In this document: positions 1 to 12,170 of the stretch, in pieces
How positions within the stretch are numbered: the stretch's first letter is position 1
Layout of the letters: every line of letters begins with the position of its first letter
Assembly: GCA_047967505.1 (NCBI GenBank)
Contig: CM106538.1
Origin: Dipteris shenzhenensis
Taxonomy: Eukaryota
Length of the DNA: 64,000 nucleotides
Reading direction: 5' to 3' (one strand)
Translations under genes and position numbers: made by a program
The notes under the pieces: generated by a model
Told to the model about the DNA's origin: nothing
The model's database searches: none
The model's input: the letters and a program-made list of their open reading frames with translations, nothing else

Positions 1-1924
1 GCCATATTTCTCCCACCAGGAGACAGGTTGCAACTGTGTCTCTCGGAGCCTAGCTGTAGGTCGACCAAAGGAGAGGCTGTGATTGCGGAACAATAGAAGT
101 TCATCCTCCAGTCTTCGTTGCATCTCCAAGTCACCACCCGTCCAATTTTGTAGATACTGTTGCATCCCCTCCTCCAACTTGTCATTCTCATATTGCTCTT
201 GACTGCGCCAGAGCGGATGCAATACATGTGCCACCGCATGGATTGGGCGGTGGAACCAATTCGACCGCTTATTCCATATAGCACGGATGGACTCAACCCT
301 AAATCATGCCACAAGAAATTAGAATGCATTATGCATGCAAAATTCATAGACTATAGATAATAGTACATACATAATATATATCTGAAAATTCCAGGCTTCA
401 TGATAACAAATTGCCATTTAGTAACTGCAATAATGATACATATTACAAAAGTAAAAAGTCTTACTTATCAGGCGATAGGGAAGTGTTTCTGTTGAGGGCC
501 TCTCCAATCTTGTCCATAAACTCGTACAAGAGCCCTAATGTGCTTCCCTCCATGTCTGTGATGCGAAGCACCGTGTAGATAGGATTAATCGATTTGATTA
601 ATGCCTCCGCCTGATTCCACCTAGACTCATCCATGATCATGCGAAAAAATTTGATAGACTTTGCTTGGCCTCTATCATCCCAATCTCCCCACTCCCGAGA
701 CACAACCGTGTGCAACAAGCCCTGGCGCACTCGCACAAGCCTCTCCACCACTATGAACATATAAGCAAACCTTGTGGTTGGAGGTTTCAATAGCTCAAGG
801 TCACTGTAAGCCCGATAGATGCTAAGGACTTTGGGTCTCTTCGTGACAAACTTCACGATACTGCGGGCTGTGGAGAAGATGGCATCAATCCAAGGTATCT
901 TCCCTAGGTCCTCGATCAAAAGATCAAGGCAATGTGAGGCACAGGGTGTCCACACAATCTTAGGGAACTCATCTTCTAACATGGCACCCATTGACACACA
1001 ATTGCTGCCATTATCTGTCACCACCTGCACCACATACTCAACACCTATCTCCATAATGGCTGCTCGTAAATGCTCCCAAATATACAGCCCTGTAATCACT
1101 GTACCTGCAGTGGAAGCGTCTATGGCTCTCAAGAACATGGTTCCCTTGCAAGAAGACACTAAAATATTGTACACATTCCTCTTGCGTGCATCTGACCATC
1201 CATTGCATAAGAGTGTGCATCCATATTTTTTCCAAGTCTCTTTCAAGGGCTTCATTTGGTCTTCCACACATTCCCTCTCTCTTCTTAGCTCTCTTGTCCG
1301 CAAGGCCTGATATGTAGGCCCTTCCCATTCATACCCAATGCGGCTTACGGCTCTCATGGCCTTCCTCCATCGTGTAGTCTTCGCCACATGAAAGGGTATT
1401 GCACATTGTATGAAGAGCTTTGTGAGCTCACTAGTGGCCTCCTTCACTGCTTGCTTTTGCAAGCGTGCTTGAATGCTAGACCTTTGCAGTGATCCTCTTT
1501 TCCCCGCACTAGCATCCACACTAATTGATCCATGTGGCAAGGGTGTTCTTGTGGCACTAGGACCCGCGCTCGATGTAGTTGATGCCCCTCTACTTCTCTT
1601 TGCAGAACCCAATGTGCTGGCATCATCCAATGGCTCAGTGTCAGCAGCCTCTTCTTCATCTTGCAGCCCTTGTCCTCCACTTTTTGCAGCCAAGGCTGCC
1701 ATACGCGCACGCTTCCATTTTGTTAGGCCACCTTTCACTGCAGTAGGCACGAACTCACAAGGTCCTACATCCTTGCAGGGAACACCTGCTAGATGGTCTT
1801 TCACCCGTGTGACAGACCCCGTCTTGCTTATGCCGCAATAGTTGCATCTCCACTTCTTGGAGCCATCGCCTCCTTTATAACTATCCAGGAGGGAGACATG
1901 CACCCAATAAGCATCTCTCGGCAT
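1..1924 (-). CDS. hAT-family transposase (BED zinc finger, RNase-H-like core, C-terminal dimerisation domain); exons 1924-465 and 298-<1, 3' end outside window
   Basis: ATG at 1924 (MPRDAYWVH). BED finger WRCNYCG...RVKDHLAG, core motifs VQVVTDNGSN, PCASHCLDL and TTRF. GT-AG intron 464..299 joins in frame to IHAVAHVLHP...QPVSWWEKYG. The first catalytic Asp motif reads CNGW instead of the usual DGW, so the copy may be inactive. Confidence 0.92.
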
Positions 1925-2315
1925 TGAGGAGGATGGAGAGGTGAGAAGGAGGATGGAGAGGTCACAAGTGACTCGTGAGAAAGGATGGGAGGTAGACTGT
2001 AGAAGGAGGATGGAGAGATAGAGGTAAAAGAGGATGGAGAGGATGGAGAGGTAGAAGTGAAGGAGAATGGAGAGGAGGAGGATGGAGAGGTAGAAGGTAA
2101 GATTAAAGAGAGGATGGAGAGAAGAAGGATGGAGGGATGGAGTCAGAAGAGCAGGCTGCCAAGCTGCAGGCTGCAGCTTGCAGGATGGAGGAGATGGAGC
2201 AAAGGATGAAGAGGATGGAGAGAGCTCAGAGAAGGATGGAGGTGAGGGTAGGTCCAAGAGTAAAGGATGGGATGGAGAGAGCTTGAAGAAGTGGAGGAAG
2301 GATGCTGAAAGGATG
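1925..2315. repeat. Degenerate GGATGGAGAG purine-rich repeat in hAT leader
   Basis: Many imperfect copies of GGATGGAGA(G); explains the low-complexity N-terminal extension of the 660-aa ORF. Confidence 0.8.
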
Positions 2316-2448
2316 CGGGAGGCGGCGAAAGACGAAGGCGACGAAATTCTGAAAGAAAACCTGTTTTTAGGGTTTCTGGGAAAACAGGAAATACGAAACG
2401 CCGGCGTTTCCGTTTCTGCCCACGAAACGTACGTGTCGTGCAACTATG

Positions 2449-3468
2449 CACCTAGGATACAGTCGGCGGGAGGTCAGTGGATGATTAGGAACGGCTTGCT
2501 GTTCCGGAATGAAAAGATTTGTGTGCCAGATGTTTCGGACCTTAAATCCAAGATTCTCTGGGAGTGTCATGATGCTCCTAGTGCTGGACATCCGGGTATA
2601 CATAGGACTCTGTCTCTTGTGAAGCATACCTTTTATTGGCCTAAGATGCGTGCATTTATTGAGAACTATGTAGTAGGTTGCCGAGTTTGTCAGGTTACTA
2701 AGGCAGAACGCCTTAGAAGCGCGGGCTTATTACAGCAGCAATTAGGGCTGGGATTTTGATCGGGATGGATTTCCTTCTAGGGATTAGACCCCATGGGATG
2801 CTGGAGGCCTCCTGATGTTAAAGTACATCCAGTCTTTCATGTCAGTAGACTGAAAGAAGACTTGGGTCCTCACGAACCTGAGTGTATTCTTGAATTTCTT
2901 GACAGACAGATTCGTAATCGATCTATCACGGAATACAAGATCAAGTGGAAGGATCGTGTTGAGGAGGATGCAACATGGGAGACATTACAAAAACATTTCC
3001 GGGTTTTTTAGCGAACTCAGGAGTGAGTTCCTAGAGGAGGGGGAGTATGTCATGTGCACGGATTGGTATCTGACGTGTACTAGGTACACAGGACTAGCTC
3101 AGGTTAGCCTGGGGAGGCTTAGAGCTAGGCAGGCTTGATTCTCGGCTTGAGTGGCAAGGGTATGAACTATTTATAGGTCTTCGCTATTTTTGGCGCTTGG
3201 GGCCCGAGTCTATAAAAGGGGCCGAGGGGGTTCAGTTCTCAGTGTGCAGTTGGGAGCAAGTTTCGTTCCCAGGTGCTAGGTCTGTTCTTGGATTGAGTCG
3301 CGGACGCGCGCCTGCATCTTAGCGTAGCCCAAGGCCCAGTGGCAGATCCAGGGCTTCACAGCGCCACCTGGTGGTATGGGACACCAGGCGGGTTTGGATC
3401 TAATTGGGAGTTCGTGCCAGTAGCTCAGCTCGTGGCTCGGAGGGGACATCTCCTGATTCGGGATCACA
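2449..3468 (+). mobile_element. Ty3/gypsy chromovirus 3' remnant (integrase Zn finger, GPY/F region, chromodomain, PPT, 3' LTR)
   Basis: ECHDAPSAGHPG...CRVCQ, then VHPVFHVSRLK and EYKIKWKDRVEEDATWE; integrase core deleted. PPT AGAGGAGGGGGAG is followed by TGTCATG at 3048. LTR end at about 3468 is tentative. Confidence 0.8.
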
Positions 3469-3675
3469 TCCCGTAGATGTCATGGTTGGGTGGTGAGCAG
3501 CCTGCTCAGTTCTCACGTGGTGTGTGTGTTTGTTTGCAGATCAGGGGTTTCAGGAGTGCTGGGATGTGTCATGAACTGATCTCTTTATTTCCCTTAAAGG
3601 CTGTATGAGCAGGATCATATTTCAGCTGTATATGACACAGGTCCAAGCTGGTATATGAGCCATATGGTTTAAATC

Positions 3676-5133
3676 TAAGAGGGAAAGGAATCCGAGATCA
3701 GTATTCCATTCGGAATGGTCTCTTGTTCGGAAAGGGTAAAGGGTGCATACCAAACATCCAGGACACAAGGAATAACGTCCTTTTCAACTGTCATGACACC
3801 TCTTGTGCCGGACACCCTAATACCCAACGTATGTTGGTTTTGGTCAAGTAGGATTTTTATTGGCCAAAGATGCTGATTGATGTCGAATGATAGGTTCGAG
3901 AATGTCAATAATGCCAAGTCAATAAGACAGAATGCTTGAGACAAGGTGGCTTGTTGCATCTGTTGGAGATTTCAGATAAGAAATGGGAAAGTACTCCATA
4001 GATTTTATTTTGGGCTACCTGACATGATGCCATATGGGTAGTTGTGGATAGACCGACAAGATGGCCAGGTTTATTCCAACCAAGACAACAATTTTGGCTC
4101 TACAATTGGCATGGGTGTTTGTGGAAAAATTGTTTAGTCTTTATGGGCTTCTGTCTGAGGTTGTCAGTGATCACGATTCTAAGTTCAGGACACTAATCTC
4201 ACCATGAGTTGCTCTGAACATCTGGAGTCAGATGGACAGACAGAGCAAGTTAATCGGATTCTTGAGGATATGCTTCGTGCATGTCTCTCTCAAAAGCAAT
4301 CTGATTGGGAAGAATATTTTCCCATGGCCGAGTTTGCATGCAAAGCATTCAGCCACAAAGCTGAGTCCATTTGTGTTTATGTATGGATTTCAGCCTAAGG
4401 CTTCATGGTTCGTTGGACTACCAAAGATAAATGTACGAACAGCTGCTGATTTTCTGCAATTGCGATAGGATGTGTTGCAGTTTACGAAGGATAACCTTGG
4501 CACAGCTCAAGAGAGTCTTGAGCCCAGTTTTATGCAAATCAGAAGCGCTCGCCTTGCGTTTTTGCAGAAGGCCAGTTTGTTCATTGGAGAATCCCAAAGA
4601 TTTTGGAGCACTACCATCTGATGAAGCTTATAAGCTTCCAGCTGGTTATTGTGAACCTTTCAAGGTCATCCCAGTAATCGATAACGCAGCCTATGAAATG
4701 GAATTGCACTTGATGTACAGGTACATCCGGTTTTCCATGTTAAGAGAAATTAGGTGGGGATCTTAGCGTGGTTTAGCAGAGGAGCTTGTGTCTGATTACA
4801 AGATCTGTCGGAGTATATCCTCATGAACCAGAAGTGGTTCCCGATTATAGGGAAAGACCCCTCAGAAATAGGGCGGTCCTTGAACTTCTTATCGAATGGA
4901 AGGAGAGATCCAGTGACGACAACTTGGGAGAGTTCTGCATCCATGCAGAAGCAGTAATTTCCTAGCTTAAAACTTTCTGGTATAGGTTGTTTTGTGGTGG
5001 GAGAAATGTTATGACCCGAAGGTCATAGCATGAGAAACAGCACGCTACACTAGGTGGTATAGGTTGTTTTGTGGTGGGAGAAATGTTATGACCCGAAGGT
5101 CATAGCATGAGAAACAGCACGCTACACTAGGTG
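3676..5133 (+). mobile_element. Heavily decayed Ty3/gypsy integrase/chromodomain remnant
   Basis: Frameshifted CHDTSCAGHP and ESDGQTEQVNRILEDMLRA motifs; purine tract GTGGTGGGAGAAA followed by TGTTATG near 5007. Confidence 0.75.
4978..5133. repeat. 77-bp tandem duplication (2 copies) spanning the PPT/LTR junction
   Basis: TATAGGTTGTTTTGTGGTGGGAG...ACACTAGGTG starts at 4981 and again at 5058; copies identical by eye. Confidence 0.93.
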
Positions 5134-5259
5134 TTCTAACTGACCCCTTGTAAAGGGTCCAATGCTTGGATCTAACGCCACCATTAATGCCAGCTCATAC
5201 TACGACCTTGGGGTCGTAACAAAAACACTCTCAAATGGGAACCTCTTTCGTCGTGACTG

Positions 5260-6025
5260 GATGTGTGTACCAAAACCTGCAATTGCAAGTAGTGATGTTT
5301 CTTGATGGGCGTGGTTACGTGCATTGTAGTAAAGTCTTTTTGATTTCATGCTTGCATTTATGTCACATTGATGTAATAACAGCTCCCTTGAATCTTCAGT
5401 GATGCTATGTGGGAATGCCCGCACGTAAATAGAATAACTTCTTAATGATATGTGCCAAAAGTTTCAGTCCAAACACATCAACATGCTCTACTAGCAATGC
5501 AATCATAGCAACTGGCTGGGTTCATGTACAAGTTCTTTTGCTCAAAGAGTTTCTGCCTGTGTGCTACATGGCCATGAAATATTCAACCTTGATAAACAGT
5601 ATATAAAGTTTGGCATCCCCTAACATGACTTTGTTCAGTCTTAATGAGATGTGTGTACCAAAACCTGCAATTGCAAGCAGTGATGTTTCTTGATGGGCGT
5701 GCTTATGTGCATTGTAGTAAAGTCTGTTTTTGATTTCATGCTTGCATTTATGTCATATTGATGTAACAACAGCTTCCTTGAATCTTCAGTGATGCTTTGT
5801 GGGAATGCCTGCACGTAAATAGAAATAACTATGTGCCAAAAGTTTCAGTCCAAACACATCACCGTGCTCTACTAGCAATGCAATCATAGCAACTGGCTGG
5901 GTTCATGTACAAGTTCTTTGGCTCAAAGAGTTTCTGCCTGTGTGCCACATAGCCATGAAGTATTCAACCTTGATAAACAGTATTTAAAGTTTGGCATCCC
6001 CTACATGACTTTGTTCAGTCTTAAT
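5260..6025. repeat. About 388-bp tandem duplication (2 diverged copies)
   Basis: GATGTGTGTACCAAAACCTGC...TTGTTCAGTCTTAAT at 5260-5645 and 5648-6025, with scattered substitutions and small indels. Confidence 0.92.
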
Positions 6026-7158
6026 TTTAAATGCACCATAACTTTTTTCTGCAAGTCGTAATACATGGCAGCAACTTTCATCGCATGCTGTACACTACTT
6101 GAGGGCAATCTTCCGAAGTTTTTTTTTTTGCATTCCCATGAGATGTCATTGTTCTCATTATGGCATCCAAGTGTAGAACCTTAAACTCCTGTGTATACTC
6201 ACCTAGATTAATTATGTTAAAGCTAGCCTTCATCATGGCTGAGTCTGCTCTTCACCTCCGAAGTGCCGATAGAAACTCATTAAGAAAACTTTGTATAAAT
6301 GGATGCTCAAGTATGTGTGGGTGTGTGGATTTGTATGTGTGAGAGCATATGTCTATACTATGGTCTACACCCACTGTTGGGCGCTGATGATGTCAGTGGG
6401 GATATCATAGGAGCTAGTCCCTGCTATGCGTGATGGAGTTTATGGTTTTCAACCTTATGAGTGACTATCATGAGATTGAAACTGCACTATATTGTGTTTT
6501 TAGAGCATGAGTTTGGGCATGTTCTTGGACTCATCTAGGTATATAATTATGTTAAAGCTATGGCCATGCTCCCCACAGTAATACTCCCCAATGTTTGGCG
6601 ATACAGCTTCAAGATGAAACCTGTCATGCATTTCTTGTTCTGGCTGCACAAGCTGCTCCTTGTTGCCTTGTGCAAATTTACTTTGGCCACCTTTTCTATC
6701 AACTAAGTGGTCTTCCATATGTTCTTTCCTTATGGCTAGCAAGTACATGCAGCCATACACAGCCCGTGCATCAGACAAGAGGCTCCAATATCTCAGCAGG
6801 GTGTTGGTTATGTAACAAGAGGCCGCTATTGATGCTTCTATGAATCGGGGGGGGGGGGGGGGGGCGGGGGGCTCTAGAAGCATATTTCAAGCAAGGGCTT
6901 CCTTCAAAATTGGAAAAGTTAGTTCTCAGCTAGCTGAAATGATGTTTGACAAATTTGAGCTGATTATTGGGGTAAATTCAATTTGATGATGGTCAGTGTT
7001 GCAATGCCAGCCCATTAGTGTAGGCTCATGGAAGCAAAAGGATGCACAAGAGTGGAGCAAGAAGTGGAAGCCGTCACATCAACTAGTATGAAAATGAAAG
7101 TACAAAGTACTATAAAAGAGAACCCTAGGACCTAGTGTCCTAGTGGTACCACTAGTAC

Positions 7159-7710
7159 TGTTGGAGACCTTCTCAAGGGGTCGATCTATTGTTGGCTGGC
7201 TGGTCGTATGAGACGTTCACGTGATCATTAGGCGGTGGTAACATTCTGATTGGACCATGCAAGTTTTGGAGGCCAGCTAGTGCATGGCGTACATGTGGTT
7301 ATCTCAGGTTGGTAGCGAGAAGCTTCTAGTTGAGTGGAGATCATCCAAGGCGGCAACCGACTTCCTCAGGCGCTGCTTTATATGGGCTATGAAGCCAATT
7401 AGTTTCGTCTCTTTGTTGAGCTGTTATGCAGCTGCTAGTAGTTGCACGTTGGTGTCTGTAGGGTCCTTAGATTGAGTTAATAATCTTGTATAGCCAACAA
7501 ACCCTGTAGGGATGAGGCTCTTTGCATCAGGTTATATCAGAGAATAAAAGAGTAGAGTGAGTCGTCGTTATTGGTATATGAAAGTGTAGTCGATTGAATC
7601 TGATGCATAGAGAGAGGCATGAAGTTGTGTCGTCATTTTATGTGTTGATTTCTATATTTTATTTGGAGAATTGCATGCATGTTCGGGTTGTGAGGCCCTA
7701 AAAGCCATCA
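7159..7710. mobile_element. Solo LTR nested inside the copia 3' LTR
   Basis: 552 bp, TGTTGG...CCATCA, flanked by perfect 5-bp TSD AGTAC (7154-7158, 7711-7715); absent from the partner LTR. Confidence 0.92.
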
Positions 7711-10700
7711 AGTACTAGGTGTCATAAGACACTAAAAGTACTAGGTGACCTAAGTGCCAATAACTAAAGCTACATGGTACATACTAGGGCCCAGAGGGCA
7801 TCGGTACGACCGGGAGAAGATGGCCTACAAACCCCCCTCCATGGTATGGGCTGAAGTATTTTGGAAACATCTAAGAATACCTGGTATTTTCTGGTCATGG
7901 TGGTACATGTTCATCCAAAAGGATATAGCCACCTATGAATGAGGTATGCTAGATCATGTAACAAAGGGAACCAAGGGTAAAGCCTGTCGAAAGACTTCAA
8001 ACTTGGAACGAGGAAGTGCCTTTGTAAACATATCTGCTATGTTGTCCTTTGTGGGAAGGTAGGACAACTCTATGTCTCCTGATGACAACCGCTCTCGAAC
8101 ATAATGATAGTGAACTTCAATGTGCTTGGTACGCGCATGAAACACTGGATTACGTGCAATGGCCAAAGCACTCTGGCTGTTAGTGTAGACTAGTGGAGGA
8201 TGTTTGGCGAATCCCAAGATCGGTAAGTAACTATCGAAGCCAAACACACTCTACTGTAGCGATGAAGGCTGCTCTGTACTCAGCCTCACAGCTGGATGGG
8301 GCAACTGTTGGTTGCTTCTTGTTGAGCCAAGAGATACATGAACTGCCAAGCAAAAAACAGTTGCCGGTATGTGACACTCTGGTGTCGGAACAACCTGCCC
8401 AGTCACTATCCGTGTAAGCATGCATGGTAAGTGAACCCTGATCACCATAGAAGAGGGCTAAATCCTGAGTGCCTCTGAGATATCTGAAGACTCTCTTCAC
8501 TGCCTGCCAATGTTGTGAACTGGGCATGTGCATGAACTTGCTGAGCTGGGATACTGCATATTGTTAGTCAGGTCTGGTGTGGCATAAGTAAATGAGACAT
8601 CCAACAGAGTGATATCACATGGTGGGCTCCCATCATGAGCTAAAAATTTGAAGCCAGGGTCCACTGGAGTAGAGATTGGCTTGCAATCCTCAAACTGAAA
8701 ACGATCAAGGAGCTGTCCAATATAGTTGGACTGTGACATCACGATACCTCCCTCAACATGAGCAAACTGAATGCCCAAATAATAGTGCAGTTGTCCCATG
8801 TTTGACATTTCAAAAGCTTCCTGCAAATCAGCCTTGAAAGCTGCAATATGCTGAGTGTTAGGGCCCGTGATTAGCATGTCATCCACATATAAAATCAGGA
8901 CTACAAAATCAGATCCACTCCCACGGACATAAAGAGTGGGCTCTACGGGGCTATTCTGAAAACCAAGGGACAGTAAGTATGCATGAATTTTAGCATACCA
9001 TGCCCTAGGTGCTTGCTTCAAACCATAAAGGGCTTTTCTCAGCTGGCATACCTTGTTTTTAGAGCCAACAACCTCAAAGCCAGGAGGTCGTGTTACATAA
9101 ACTTCTTCTTGTAGGTGTTCTATTCAGCACATAGTTGGCACACATCATTGCATCAAGCCAAAATTTATTGGGCAAGGACTTGGCCTTAAGCATGCATCTG
9201 GCCATCTCCATAGTGGTCCTTTCAGGAACATGATTATGCTGAGGAGTGTAAGGAGTAGTGCATGAGTGAACAATGTCCTGTGAAGACAAAAGTACATCAA
9301 ACTCCTTTGACATATACTCTCCCCCCCTATCTGTGTTGAGGGTGACAAGCTTACATCCTGATTCATTCTCAACCATATTCAGCCACCTTTGAAAGCATGA
9401 GAACACTTCAGATTTGGCTTTTAAAGCAAATACCCAGCAATATCTTGTGAAGTCATCAATTAGAATCTTGAAATATTTGTACCCCCCAATGGCATTTGTC
9501 CTCATTGGGCCACAGACATCACTGTGCACTAGCTGCAATTTCCTTTGTGAGAGTTTTGGACATTTCTTTTGAAAAGGAAAGTGATGCATCTTACCCAAAA
9601 GACAACCCTCACACACATGTTTGGAAACTGTGTGAGTTTGAGGTACATCGTTTGCCATGCCCTGTGAATGTAACTTGGCAAGAGCTCTGTAATTGAGATG
9701 ACCCATTCTCTCATGCCAAAGATGAGTTTCAGCAAGCCTGAAATAGCAAATGCTTCAATAGAAAGTGCAGCTGAGTGATGATCAAGGTGATCAAGCCCCT
9801 TTTACAAAGTGCCAGTGAGAACTATGGCATTGTCATCACGAAGATCATATACTAAGCATCTATATGCATCAAATATCACTCTGAAACCTGAAGTGGCAAT
9901 TGTTGAAATTGAAATCAAGTGGACTTCAATTCCAGGCACAAAAGAACATTTGTCAAAGTGACAAGATGGTTTGAAATGGATGTGAGCTGCGCATCTCCAA
10001 TTCCTTTTACTGCATAGGAAGCATTATTAGCACGTGTGACAGTCCCCCCTCGAGGTGCATTAGCTAAGGAATGAAACAATTGTCTACAAGAAGTGACGTG
10101 CTTAGAAGCACTACTATCAAAATACCAAGACTGAGCATCATTAGCAATAAAGAATGCATCAACTTTGGAGGGATCGAAAGAGCAATGGACAGTCCATGCC
10201 CAATCATCCTGGAGAGCATGTGCATGTGAGGCATTTGCTGGCTCATGGGATTCAATTGCATGTGAGGCATTGACTGTCAATCCTGCTTTCTCAGAGAATG
10301 CGCTTCTTGCATTCTGAAATTTCATGCCCTGGCTTGCGACAATAGTTACATCTTCTCTTCTTTGACTTATCTGCTGTTTTTTGAGATGCATTGGAGGAAT
10401 TGCCATTGATAGGCGCATATTTAGGCTTGCCTATAGGCTTGGAAGCCTTGCCTTTTTCTATCGGCTGTGAAGCAAATGCATGATCAAGAATAGTAGCTTG
10501 CCTGTTAGCAGGACTTTACTCTTCCTGCAAAAGCAAAGTGACTAACTAATCAAAGGAGTAGTGGTTTGGATTACCCATGGCCACTAGTCGAAGGGTTGTA
10601 GCAAACCCTTGATATGTAACTGGCAGCCCATTCAATGTGGTATTGACAAGCTGAGAATTTGGCACCACTTGATCAATATTGGCAAGTTGTTCCATGACGT

Positions 10701-11489
10701 CCTTGACCTCTGTCAGGTATGCATCCATAGAGTCACCTGCATTTATGCTGACTTCCTGCAATTGCCTTCTTAAACATGCAACACGTGCCTCGTTGCGAAT
10801 CTGATAAAGCGAAGCCAATTTGTTCCAAGCATCCTTTGCTGTCCTGCATGACTGGATGTGTGGAATAATGATTCTCTTGCATGATAAAGCAATATAGGAA
10901 TGTGCATTTGCATCTCTTGCATCCCATCTTGTTTGTTTCTGAGTCGGAGGAGCAGCAACAGGGGTGCTAGAGGATAAAGCATCTGGAGGAGTAGCCTCTA
11001 CAGAAGGACCAGCAGTAGGGGCAGCCTCTGTAGCATTGGCTGGCCGTTTCATGAGATAAGACCACATCGGATAGTTGGTGCCATCCAACTTATCATCTTC
11101 ACGGAATGCCAAATAAATCATGATTGTTGCCAGCCATTGCCAATGGGACAAGTAAAAAGGCATCGACAAAGTGGCCCAAAAGATAGCCTCAAGTCTTGCA
11201 ATTGCAAAAAATAGGACCAGCTGTCCAAATCTGAAAAAAGCCCCAAAATAAGCTGTAATTTGCAAATGTGATCAAATGGCCTGCAATTTCTTGCCAAATT
11301 TATTGCAAATCTGAAAGTATTGTGCAATTTGCCTTCAATTTGTAGAGCAAAACTGAGCCGAAAATGGGGCAAATTCAGGAAAAGCCCCAAATTGTCTGCA
11401 AATCTGCAATCTACCTGCAAAATCGTAGCCCGAATGCAAAAGCCCCAAATGTCACCAAAAAATTGCAGATCTGCTGTAATGTCTGCTCC

Positions 11490-11815
11490 GGACGATACGG
11501 AATATTACGGACGGTATTGAACTGTACGGACGGCGAAGTGCGGAAATGTACGGAAATCAAAAATCTACGAAAATCAAAACTGTACGGAAATATGTGCAAT
11601 TGTACGGACGGATTCTGACGCGCTGTACGGACGGCCGTATGGAATCGTGCAAACAGGTTTTTTTAATAAAATAAATAATTTTTATAAATGCTGTTGTGTT
11701 GTTGTTGTGGGTGGGTGTGTGGACAGCTCACGCGTCATACGGGGATCCGTACGATTGTACGGCATTGTACGGACAGAAGGTTGCGGGGTCGTGTCGGAGC
11801 TGTGCGGGACGTCCG
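11490..11815. repeat. Clustered (T)GTACGGA motifs in copia leader
   Basis: About a dozen TACGGA/GTACGG copies in a CpG-rich stretch between PBS and gag. Confidence 0.75.
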
Positions 11816-12170
11816 GTAGCTGAGCTTGACGATGGAGCTGAAGTACCGGAGCAGGAGCTCGAAGCAGGAAGCTAGGAGTAGGGAGTAGGTGCGGGAAGGA
11901 AGTGCTCTGATACCACTGTAGGCTCACGGAAGCAAAAGGATGCACAAGAGTGGAGCAAGAAGTGGAAGCCGTCACATCAACTAGTATGAAAATGAAAGTA
12001 CAAAGTACTGTAAAAGAGAACCCTAGGATCTAGTGTCCTAGTGGTACCACTAATACTAGGTGAGACACTAAAAGTACTAGGTGACCTAAGTACCAATAAC
12101 TAAAGCTACATGGCACATACTAGGGCCCAGAGGGCATCAATACGACCGGGAGAAGATGGCCTACAATTAC

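Larger units (their letters stand above)
1..2448 (-). mobile_element. hAT DNA transposon, 5' end; inserted into a gypsy integrase
   Basis: Putative terminus CATAGTTGCACG (minus strand) at 2448 with clustered GAAAC/GTTTC subterminal motifs at about 2350-2430. Gypsy coding sequence starts immediately beyond it. The other end is outside the window, so TIR and TSD are unverified. Confidence 0.7.
7019..12165 (-). mobile_element. Ty1/copia LTR retrotransposon with both LTRs, internally deleted and non-autonomous
   Basis: LTRs 11917-12165 and 7019-7829 (TG...CA). Met-tRNA PBS TGGTATCAGAGC next to the 5' LTR, PPT at about 7832-7840, TSD ATTAG/ATTAC. Gag (KLDGTNYPMW), protease (WYFDSSAS), integrase (HSDVCGP, TDRGGEY), RT (LYVDDML), RNase H (YTDSDWAG, RTKHIEVHYH). 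Stops and frameshifts present; integrase jumps into mid-RT near 9075-9100. Confidence 0.96.

Noticed and set aside
1925-2443. N-terminal about 170 aa of the 660-aa ORF as part of the transposase
   Set aside because: Translation of a low-complexity leader and subterminal region; homology starts at MPRDAYW.
6847-6872. Poly-G run as a functional G-quadruplex
   Set aside because: Homopolymer at a TE junction with no supporting context; length unreliable.
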